This document shows, piece by piece, positions 1 through 7,078 of a DNA stretch of 20,128 nucleotides. The translations under genes and the position numbers were made by a program. The notes beneath the pieces are model-generated. The model was given only the letters and a program-made list of their open reading frames with translations, searched no databases and was not told the origin of the DNA. Each line of letters begins with the position of its first letter. The stretch's first letter is position 1. Source of the stretch: an uncultured virus (IMG/VR IMGVR_UViG_2718218029_000001) (lineage: Duplodnaviria > Heunggongvirae > Uroviricota > Caudoviricetes); the IMG/VR virus record IMGVR_UViG_2718218029_000001, positions 62,001 through 82,128 of that record. One strand, 5' to 3'.

Positions 1-1
1 G

Positions 2-826
2 ACACTTCACAATAAGATGCGAAAAATGTATGTCAAAATGCAATTTGAAACTTCTAAGCGTGAAGAGTTTATGACTAAACGGATGGACTTTCCAATTGAA
101 GACTTGGAACGTTCAATTGCACCGTATGAACAAATCAAAGCTACTAATAAGCCGGTTCCTGATGATTTAGAGGGTATGGAAGCGATTGGCTCAGTGGATT
201 TCGCGTCTATTCGCGACTTTACTGCAGATGGTTTAACCATCAAACGAGATGGCAAGCAATACTTTATCAGCCATCAATTTGCCCGCCGCCAATTTGTCGA
301 TAAGTTCTATGCATATTCAGCTAAGCCACAAGATCGCCCCCAGTCTGCTCCTCCTATTGCTGAATGGGAAGAACGCGGGTTACTGACTGTGGTAGACACG
401 CCAACAATTGACCCACAAGCCGTAGTTAATTGGTTTTTGGAACAGCGGAAACATTTCATCATTAAGAAAGTTGTCATGGATAACTTTCGTGCCGATCTTT
501 TGCGTAAGTTTTTCGTAGACGCTGGATTTGAAGTCGCAGTCATTCGGAATCCAACTGCCATTGATGGCCTACTGGCACCGAGAATTGAGACTGGGTTTGC
601 TAATCATCAATATATCTGGGGGGACAACCCGTTATTGCGGTGGAACACTCAAAACGTGTTGGTTTCGACCGATAGCCACGGTAACAAACGATACGGCAAG
701 AAAGAAGAGATTCGGCGAAAAACTGATGGCTTTAAAGCGTTTGAATATGGCCAATATCTAGTTGACCAGTTACCCGACTACTCGGTAAATGAATCGCTAG
801 ATATGTTAGCCGACATTGATTTCTAA
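2..826 (+). CDS. terL: Phage terminase large subunit, C-terminal nuclease part (5'-truncated by window edge)
   Basis: Frame is open from position 2 (ACA CTT CAC AAT AAG ATG). It has RNase H-like nuclease motifs GSVDFASIRDFT, VVMDNFR, DNPLLRWN and KTDG, and lies directly upstream of the portal. Confidence 0.93.
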   Translation, partial: TLHNKMRKMYVKMQFETSKREEFMTKRMDFPIEDLERSIAPYEQIKATNKPVPDDLEGMEAIGSVDFASIRDFTADGLTIKRDGKQYFISHQFARRQFVDKFYAYSAKPQDRPQSAPPIAEWEERGLLTVVDTPTIDPQAVVNWFLEQRKHFIIKKVVMDNFRADLLRKFFVDAGFEVAVIRNPTAIDGLLAPRIETGFANHQYIWGDNPLLRWNTQNVLVSTDSHGNKRYGKKEEIRRKTDGFKAFEYGQYLVDQLPDYSVNESLDMLADIDF

Positions 827-844
827 CGGAAGGGAGGTGAATAT

Positions 845-1987
845 ATGAGTGTAATTAATAGCTTCTTTGACCTGTTTACACGGCGAAAAGACTCCAGCTT
901 TATTTATGATCTTGATTTGTTCCAGGATATTAAGAACCGAGCCTACTTAAAGCGCATGGCGATTGACACAGTAATCAATTACGTAGGCCGGGCAGTTAGC
1001 CAGTCGGAGTTTCGTGTGATGAACAAGGGGTTACCTGTTAAAGATGCGATGTATTACAAGCTCAATGTCCGACCAAATACTGACGAATCGGCCAGTGATT
1101 TTTGGCAGCATTTTATTTACCAATTGATTTATTACAACGAGGTGCTAGTGATTCAGGACGACGATGGTGATTTATTAATTGCTGATGATTTTAGTCGTCA
1201 CGAATATGCAGTATATGAAGATGTTTTCGACAATGTCACGGTCAAAGAATACACGTTTAAGCGTTCCTTCCCGATGTCTGATGTTATTTACCTGAGATAC
1301 TCCAATGACCAGCTAGAACACTATCTGACTGGTTTGTGGGGAGACTATGGCGAGTTGTTTGGGCGGATGTATGAGCTAGAATTGCGTAATAATCAGATTC
1401 GCGCGACTGTTAAGGCTGATATGACGGCTGGTGTTAATGACGATAAAGCGAACAAACTGCAGAAGTTTATTGACAAGATTTTCCAATCTTTCAGCAAGAA
1501 TTCTGTTGCACTAGTACCAATCACAAATGGCTTTGAATATAACGAAGTATCGAACGGGGTAGGCAAAAATCAGACGTTTGATGAAAGTAACGGCGTGTTA
1601 CTGGCATTCATTGACCATGTTGCCCGGCTGGTAGGAGTGCCACCAGCGTTAATTCATGGTGAAACTGCTGAAAGTGGTGAAAATCAGAAACTGTTCAATA
1701 AGCAGTGCTTGAGTTCGTTATTAAATAAGATTCAGTCAGAGCTTAACGCTAAGTCATTCAGCCAGCGAGATTACTTAAAAAATGGAAAACAAGTTGAAGT
1801 TATTGGCATTAATCGACCAACACTAATTGAACTAGCAGAACAAATCGACAAGCTTGGCTCGTCAGGTATGGTTACTCAAAACGAGGTTCGGTTAGCAGTT
1901 GGGTTGCCACCACGTGAAGACGGTGACCAGATAGTGATGACCAAGAATTATACAATGAAAGGTGGTGAGAATAATGAAGAAGATTAA
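845..1987 (+). CDS. Phage portal protein, HK97 family
   Basis: 380 aa with SD GGGAGGTG upstream. Motifs YKLNVRPN..SASDFW, DVIYLRY, VARLVGVPPALI and TQNEVRLAVGLPP. Sits between terL and the protease. Confidence 0.95.
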   Translation: MSVINSFFDLFTRRKDSSFIYDLDLFQDIKNRAYLKRMAIDTVINYVGRAVSQSEFRVMNKGLPVKDAMYYKLNVRPNTDESASDFWQHFIYQLIYYNEVLVIQDDDGDLLIADDFSRHEYAVYEDVFDNVTVKEYTFKRSFPMSDVIYLRYSNDQLEHYLTGLWGDYGELFGRMYELELRNNQIRATVKADMTAGVNDDKANKLQKFIDKIFQSFSKNSVALVPITNGFEYNEVSNGVGKNQTFDESNGVLLAFIDHVARLVGVPPALIHGETAESGENQKLFNKQCLSSLLNKIQSELNAKSFSQRDYLKNGKQVEVIGINRPTLIELAEQIDKLGSSGMVTQNEVRLAVGLPPREDGDQIVMTKNYTMKGGENNEED

Positions 1988-2726
1988 CGTTAAGGGTCCG
2001 ATTATTAGTAATGATGACAAGTGGATTTATGACATGTTGGAAATGGACAGTACCGCTCCTAAGGATGTCATTGATGCATTACCAGATGATGGCTCAACTG
2101 TTGAAGTTGATATTAATTCTGGTGGTGGTTTAATGGACGCTGGAACTGAAATTTATACTGCGTTGATGGCTTATCAAGGAAAAGTTATGGTTAACATTGT
2201 TGGGATGGCCGCAAGTTCAGCGTCATTGATCGCCATGGCTGGTAATCCCACACGGATTAGTCCAGTCGGCCAAATTATGATTCACAATGTAGCTGGTGGA
2301 TTGCGTGGTGATTACCGTGATCAGGCTAAGTTGTCTGAAATTTTAAAGCAGTCCAGCGAAGCGATTGCGAATGCTTATCATCTTAAAACTGGCTTATCGA
2401 TGGAAGATCTACAGGCCAAGATGGATTCAGAAACGTATTTGAATGCAGACCAAGCTAAAGAATTAGGCTTTGTCGATGAAATTATGTTTGATGATCAAAT
2501 TGAGCTGGTCGCAGATGGTGGCTCAGGTATGTTACCAAAGCCTGCCATTGATAAAATAACTGAGTTAATGAAGCAAAATAATTCAGGGATGACAACTGCA
2601 CGCAGTATTAATCCTTTCAAATTATCTGATTCAGATATTGATCGTATTACGACTGCAGTCACTCAAAAACTGAATGTTAAACCTAAAGTGCAAACGGAAA
2701 AAACATTTAATCCGTTTGCTTTTTAA
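1974..2726 (+). CDS. Head maturation protease, ClpP (S14) family
   Basis: Motifs INSGGG, GMAASSAS (catalytic Ser), IMIHN (His) and ETYLNADQAKELGFVDEI. ATG 1974 follows SD AAGGTGGTG and is preferred over the track's GTG 1962. Confidence 0.93.
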   Translation: MKKINVKGPIISNDDKWIYDMLEMDSTAPKDVIDALPDDGSTVEVDINSGGGLMDAGTEIYTALMAYQGKVMVNIVGMAASSASLIAMAGNPTRISPVGQIMIHNVAGGLRGDYRDQAKLSEILKQSSEAIANAYHLKTGLSMEDLQAKMDSETYLNADQAKELGFVDEIMFDDQIELVADGGSGMLPKPAIDKITELMKQNNSGMTTARSINPFKLSDSDIDRITTAVTQKLNVKPKVQTEKTFNPFAF

Positions 2727-2746
2727 TTTAGAAAGAAGGAAAAGTA

Positions 2747-3925
2747 ATGATTAAATTTGATACAAATGTTTTCAAAAACTTTACTGACGCACGTGAAAAG
2801 TACGCACAATTGGTGAAGAACGCTGCCAAGCCCGAAGAGCAACAACAGGGTTTTACTGATATGATGGACGCTTTGGGTGAAGATACACTTTCAGAAATTA
2901 AGAACCAAGTTCACGCTCAAACCGAAGATTACTTGGACGCTCGCCGACACGACCCCAAGATGTCGAACGAAGAAGTGAAGTTTTTCAATGAGATTAAGAC
3001 AGATACTGGATTTAAAGAACCTAAGTTATTGCCTGAAACGGTTGTTACTGAAGTGTTCGATGACATGGTTCAAGCCCACCCGTTACTTCAAGCGATCGGT
3101 TTGCAAAACCAAGGTATTAGCTTGAAGATTATCCAATCAGATGCTTCCGGAGTAATTGGCTGGGGTAATATTTTCGGCGAAATCACTAGTCAATTAGATG
3201 CTAAGTTCAAGGAGACTAAAGCTGACCAATCCAAGGCAACCGCGTTCTTGGTATTACCAAAGGACTTAAGCGACTTCGGCCCATCATGGATTAAGCAATA
3301 CGTAATCACCCAAATTACTGAAGCCTTTGCGGTCGGCGCTGAAACTGCATTCTTGACTGGTGATGGGAATCAAAAACCAATTGGCTTAAACCGTTCCGTC
3401 AAGGAAGGCGTAGCTGTGACTGGCGGCGTATACCCTGAAAAGGAATCCGCAGGAACGTTGACGTTCGCTGATACCAAGACTGCTGCTAAAGAACTAGCTG
3501 GTATGATCAAAGAATTATCCACTAAAGAAAATGGCAAGCCGGTTGTTGCCAAGGGCAAGACTGTCATGGTCATGGGCCCCGGCGAATCATTAGATGTGGA
3601 AGCACAATTTATGGTTCAAAACTTAGCTGGCCAATTTGTCACTGCCTTACCATTTGGATTGACGATTATCGAATCTGAATTTGCGCCTGAAAACAAGGTG
3701 ATTGCATTCGTTCAAGGTCGCTATGATGCATTCCAAGCCGGTCCATTGAAGATTCAACCATACGACCAAACGTTGGCACTTGAAGACATGGACTTATACA
3801 CGGCAAAGCAGTTCTTCTATGGTAAGGCTAAGGATGACAAGGCAGCTGCGGTTTACGACTTGAAGCTTGCTACTCCTGGTACTACGACTACTGAACCAAC
3901 GACCGGCGGTGACACGGGAAAATAG
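2747..3925 (+). CDS. Major capsid protein, HK97 fold
   Basis: 392 aa after the protease, SD AGAAGGA. Helical N-terminal scaffold-like region, LLPETVVTEVFDDM..HPLL, AFLTGDGNQKPIGL, YTAKQFFYGK. Ends in a Thr/Pro/Gly linker. Confidence 0.95.
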   Translation: MIKFDTNVFKNFTDAREKYAQLVKNAAKPEEQQQGFTDMMDALGEDTLSEIKNQVHAQTEDYLDARRHDPKMSNEEVKFFNEIKTDTGFKEPKLLPETVVTEVFDDMVQAHPLLQAIGLQNQGISLKIIQSDASGVIGWGNIFGEITSQLDAKFKETKADQSKATAFLVLPKDLSDFGPSWIKQYVITQITEAFAVGAETAFLTGDGNQKPIGLNRSVKEGVAVTGGVYPEKESAGTLTFADTKTAAKELAGMIKELSTKENGKPVVAKGKTVMVMGPGESLDVEAQFMVQNLAGQFVTALPFGLTIIESEFAPENKVIAFVQGRYDAFQAGPLKIQPYDQTLALEDMDLYTAKQFFYGKAKDDKAAAVYDLKLATPGTTTTEPTTGGDTGK

Positions 3926-3944
3926 CGACCCCGGACACCGGGGT
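3916..3944 (+). other. Programmed -1 ribosomal frameshift signal at end of capsid gene (G_GGA_AAA + stem-loop)
   Basis: In-frame heptamer GGGAAAA at 3916-3922 immediately before TAG, a 5-nt spacer, then a 7-bp hairpin ACCCCGG-aca-CCGGGGT at 3928-3944. Confidence 0.85.
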
Positions 3945-4059
3945 AACTAAGCCTACCGCGAACAGTACCGTAGCTGAGATTACGGCTTGGTTAGATGCTA
4001 ACGGAATTGACCACACTGGAGCTACGTTGAAGGCCGATTTACTAGCATTAGTGGGGTGA
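3922..4059 (+). CDS. -1 frame C-terminal capsid extension (45 aa), HeH/LEM/SAP-like domain; fused product about 437 aa
   Basis: Translates IATPDTGVTKPTANSTVAEITAWLDANGIDHTGATLKADLLALVG*. The frame is closed by TGA 3910-3912 upstream and has no usable start codon. It fills the capsid-to-connector gap. Confidence 0.8.
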   Translation: MATPDTGVTKPTANSTVAEITAWLDANGIDHTGATLKADLLALVG

Positions 4060-4063
4060 TTAA

Positions 4064-4369
4064 ATGGCAGATGAAAAAGTGAATCCATTATTGGAACAGT
4101 TTAAACAGCGAATGAAGATTTATCACAAAGCCGAGGACGCGAATTTATCGCGAATTCTGAATGCAAGCCAGAAGCGTATCACCGATATTACTGGTATTGC
4201 CAGTAACGCCGGTGATGATGTGTATGACGAGCTAGTTTTAGAACGAGCACGATACGCTTACAATGACCAAGTCGAGTTTTTTGACGCTAATTTTTTGGAC
4301 GACTTATTGTCTGCATCCTTGACCAGCTATGAACCGGGGGATGATGAAGATGAACCGACCGGAGTTTGA
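4064..4369 (+). CDS. Head-tail connector/adaptor (HK97 gp6 / SPP1 gp15-like)
   Basis: 101 aa helical protein, LLEQFKQRMKI...EDANL..IL, ELVLERARYAYND..EFF..NF. Position after capsid; SD GGGGTG. Confidence 0.85.
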   Translation: MADEKVNPLLEQFKQRMKIYHKAEDANLSRILNASQKRITDITGIASNAGDDVYDELVLERARYAYNDQVEFFDANFLDDLLSASLTSYEPGDDEDEPTGV

Positions 4370-4739
4370 GTACAAAGCACCACCAGTAAGAACGAATCAG
4401 CTTAATACGCCGGTTCGTTTTTTTCGTACCGTCAAGAATACGGGACCCGAACCAGGGCGTGGTCAAACCGAGCAAATCTTTGAGTGCCTAGGACTAGTTT
4501 ATGCCCCATCAACCAAGGATCGCACGGTGCTAACGGCTCACGAATCCAAGTACGGCGCAACGGTAAAAATCCGTGATACTTTTGGTGAATTTGACCCGAC
4601 AACTAAGGACACCGTGGTCATTGACGACCGCCGCTATCTGGATGTCGCTGGTCAACCGATTGTTTGGGATGTTATCCAGGTGGCGCCGGACCTAGAAAAT
4701 AATGCTTTTGTCAAAATCGTGCTGGGGGTGACTAAATGA
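4350..4739 (+). CDS. Head closure/stopper protein (SPP1 gp16-like)
   Basis: Beta-rich, LNTPVRFF...VKIRD...WDVIQVAPD...FVKIV. Syntenic position. Start is uncertain (4329/4341/4344/4350); 4350 follows a GGGGG SD. Confidence 0.75.
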   Translation: MNRPEFEYKAPPVRTNQLNTPVRFFRTVKNTGPEPGRGQTEQIFECLGLVYAPSTKDRTVLTAHESKYGATVKIRDTFGEFDPTTKDTVVIDDRRYLDVAGQPIVWDVIQVAPDLENNAFVKIVLGVTK

Positions 4740-5143
4740 CGGAAGTAACGGTTAAGTTCACAGGCGTTGATGAAGTCATCAACAAGCTGTCCCAGAAACT
4801 GAGTCCAGCAAAACTGAATCGTGCTGAAAACGATGCGCTACGAGTGGCTGGTAGGCGTGTAGCAGTTGAGTTAAAGAACGCCGTGGCTAGTTATCGTGAT
4901 ACAGGGCAAACAGTTCTTCAAGTGTCGGTGGGAAACCCGCACAGCCGTGGCGGTGTTCGCACAATTAAAATTGGATGGCATGCTGGTTCACGCTGGCGGT
5001 TGGTTCATCTTAACGAATTAGGCTATACACGGTTCGGCAAAACCTATCATCCACGAGGCATGGGTAAAGTTCAAGGTGCATTTGATAGTAGCCGTGGCCC
5101 TGCTAAGGCACTTGAAGAAGCTGAATTGAGGAAACTACTATGA
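4736..5143 (+). CDS. HK97 gp10-like tail-component/neck protein
   Basis: Basic 135 aa, GVDEVINKL...RDTG...RWRLVHLNELG...PRGMG. ATGA overlap with the upstream gene. Confidence 0.8.
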   Translation: MTEVTVKFTGVDEVINKLSQKLSPAKLNRAENDALRVAGRRVAVELKNAVASYRDTGQTVLQVSVGNPHSRGGVRTIKIGWHAGSRWRLVHLNELGYTRFGKTYHPRGMGKVQGAFDSSRGPAKALEEAELRKLL

Positions 5144-5562
5144 CCGAAAACAAGGATATGCTTGCAACTATTTATACCGCATTGTTGGCAAATGCAACAA
5201 TTGCAAAACTGACATTGGCTGGTGATGGCAGTCATAGAATTAGTTATTTTGAAAGCCCAGAAACGGCTGACCACGACAATCTATTTGTTGTGATTACACC
5301 TGTCGGACCACCGGTACCAGCGGCTGTTGGAAGTGATGATTATTTGAATGTGCAATTCACGTTTCAAGTCAATGTTGAATCTATCAGTCGACCGGCACGT
5401 AATGCTGTGGCACGTGAAATTCAAAATGAAATGCTTGCGTTGGGATTCAGTCGGCTATCTGGTGCTCAGAACGAATTAGATGAATTCATGACTGAAACTA
5501 ACCGCTTTGTTGATGTTCGCAGATACCGCGGTAACACTAAATTGTATGACACAAATTATTAA
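5140..5562 (+). CDS. Tail terminator/completion protein
   Basis: 140 aa acidic protein directly before the major tail gene, FQVNVES and RFVDVRRYRG. ATGA overlap. Confidence 0.72.
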   Translation: MTENKDMLATIYTALLANATIAKLTLAGDGSHRISYFESPETADHDNLFVVITPVGPPVPAAVGSDDYLNVQFTFQVNVESISRPARNAVAREIQNEMLALGFSRLSGAQNELDEFMTETNRFVDVRRYRGNTKLYDTNY

Positions 5563-5576
5563 GGAGAGATGTAATT

Positions 5577-6182
5577 ATGTTTGTAGGATATAAACGATTA
5601 AAGATTCAACCATTTGCCGAAGACGGCACGAAAAAAGGTGACCTGATTATTGTTGAAGGACAGGCACACAAAGGGGCTACGACCACTGCTGAAATCAGTG
5701 GCTTAGCTAAAGACCCAGTGAAAGTACCGGGGTCTAATATCGATTACTATTTGTCACGTCAAGGCTTGGGTGACGCCAAGGTAGCACTCGGTATTTTAGA
5801 TTTACCGGAAGCTAGTGCTGACCTATTGGCTGGTTTCCGTGTCGATGATGACAAGATCAGCTATGGTGGTGAAGATACGTTGCCACCATATTGCTCAATT
5901 GAAATGGAATCCAAAGAAGACACTGGTGAAATTGCGTTAGTTGGTTTCTTCAAGGGAACATTTACGCGGGATAAGATTAGCTTGAGCACGCTGGATTCAT
6001 CTAAATCGTTTACGCCAGAAGCTGATGCCTGGACTTTTACGCCAATTAGTTCGATTGCCACTGCTACTAACGGCGAAGTGATGCAGAAGTTTGTGGGCGA
6101 TGCCACTAAGGATGCAACGACTGTTACGAAGTTTGAAAAGCAATTGTTTGATCCAAATGGTACGGCGAGTAGTAACGGTTAA
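5577..6182 (+). CDS. Major tail (tube) protein
   Basis: 201 aa, SD AAGGAG. MFVGYKRLKI, EISGL, PPYCSIEMES, LVGFFKGTF. Syntenic position before the chaperones and tape measure. Confidence 0.88.
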   Translation: MFVGYKRLKIQPFAEDGTKKGDLIIVEGQAHKGATTTAEISGLAKDPVKVPGSNIDYYLSRQGLGDAKVALGILDLPEASADLLAGFRVDDDKISYGGEDTLPPYCSIEMESKEDTGEIALVGFFKGTFTRDKISLSTLDSSKSFTPEADAWTFTPISSIATATNGEVMQKFVGDATKDATTVTKFEKQLFDPNGTASSNG

Positions 6183-6429
6183 GAGTATTACATTAACAGC
6201 GGATAAACCGTCTATTTCAGTAGGTGCAACAAGCACAATCACTTCAACAGTACTTCCTGATAACGCTACAGACAAAACAGTTTTATTATCAGTTGATGAC
6301 CCTGCCGTTGCAACGTTAACGGGAAACACGTTGACAGGTATTAGTGCTGGTGTTGTAACAGTGATTGGCACTGATGCAACAAAGCAAGTCACAGGGACAG
6401 TTAAAGTAACGATTACTAAAACAGAATAA
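6157..6429 (+). CDS. Ig-like (Big_2-type) domain in the +1 frame of the major tail gene; probable tail decoration or extension
   Basis: VTVKSITLT...ISVGATSTITSTVLPDNATDKTV..SVDDPAVATL...TGISAG...V.VTI matches the Big_2 pattern. It overlaps the MTP stop and has no SD before ATG 6157, so the true start or mode of expression is uncertain. Confidence 0.8.
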   Translation: MVRRVVTVKSITLTADKPSISVGATSTITSTVLPDNATDKTVLLSVDDPAVATLTGNTLTGISAGVVTVIGTDATKQVTGTVKVTITKTE

Positions 6430-6438
6430 AAACACTTT

Positions 6439-6480
6439 AAGTCGCCGATAAATCAACAATACCAATTGGGGCGGCTTTTT
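6439..6480 (+). terminator. Probable intrinsic terminator/attenuator after the major tail module
   Basis: AAGTCGCC pairs with GGCGGCTT (one G-U) across a 23-nt loop and runs into a T tract. Confidence 0.55.
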
Positions 6481-6500
6481 GTGTATGGAGGGAAAAGACT

Positions 6501-6815
6501 ATGAGTACACCACTAAAGATGGAATTACTTATTGATGGTAAAAAGCAGACCTTCACGGAATCGTTCATTCCGGCAGGCCGTATCTTGGACGCATTGGACT
6601 TAATCGAAAACGATAACTCAGATCGTAAATTGCGTGATGTTTTTGAAGAACGAGTAGCATTTCTATCCAAAGTATTTACTAACCCGTTAGTGACAACAGA
6701 AGCAATTTGGAATGGTTTCAATGCGATTGGCTTTGAAGACCATATTTTTGAACTTATTTGTAAGGTTGCAAATGTAAACCCAAAAAAGCTACAGATGGCG
6801 ACAACACCGGAATAA
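6501..6815 (+). CDS. Tail assembly chaperone (lambda gpG-like)
   Basis: 104 aa, SD GGAGG, located between MTP and tape measure. Contains ...NPKK slippery codons near its end. Confidence 0.85.
   Translation: MSTPLKMELLIDGKKQTFTESFIPAGRILDALDLIENDNSDRKLRDVFEERVAFLSKVFTNPLVTTEAIWNGFNAIGFEDHIFELICKVANVNPKKLQMATTPE
6779..6788 (+). other. -1 frameshift site of tail chaperone (overlapping C_CCA_AAA and A_AAA_AAG)
   Basis: Sequence AAC CCA AAA AAG in frame; the -1 frame is open from here to TAA 7058-7060. Confidence 0.88.
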
Positions 6816-7060
6816 CAATCAAAGAAGCTCGCAAAAGTGTGTTATCAGCAGTCGGCGTAATTGTTGAGAACCGAACTGGCTATACACTATCGAGCGTATT
6901 AAATGATGTTGATTTTCAATTGTTGTCGCAAATAATCGAAGCAACGACCGAACAGACTCAGCAGACTGAAAGTGGGACCCGAGTTAAACCGGGAACTGTG
7001 GGTGTAAATCCTGGTAATCAGCCTGTTATGAGTCTTTTTGACTTTGCTAGAAAATCTTAA
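6788..7060 (+). CDS. Tail assembly chaperone frameshift extension (gpT-like part of G-T fusion, about 186 aa total)
   Basis: -1 frame reads ATDGDNTGITIKEARKSVLSAVG...FARKS*, contiguous with track ORF 6839..7060, whose GTG lacks an SD. Confidence 0.82.
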   Translation, partial: ATDGDNTGITIKEARKSVLSAVGVIVENRTGYTLSSVLNDVDFQLLSQIIEATTEQTQQTESGTRVKPGTVGVNPGNQPVMSLFDFARKS

Positions 7061-7078
7061 TGAAGGGAGGAATAATAA

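Noticed and set aside
1974..2726. Host housekeeping clpP
   Set aside because: Position between portal and capsid and a C-terminal extension mark it as a phage prohead protease.
6091..6156. N-terminal part of track ORF 6091..6429 (MWAMPLRMQRLL...)
   Set aside because: Off-frame shadow of the MTP 3' end with no SD; the Ig-like pattern only begins near 6169.
6165..6171. Resemblance of GCG AGT A to the yeast Ty3 +1 site GCG AGU U
   Set aside because: Not identical, and that mechanism depends on yeast tRNA pools; not accepted as evidence of a mechanism here.
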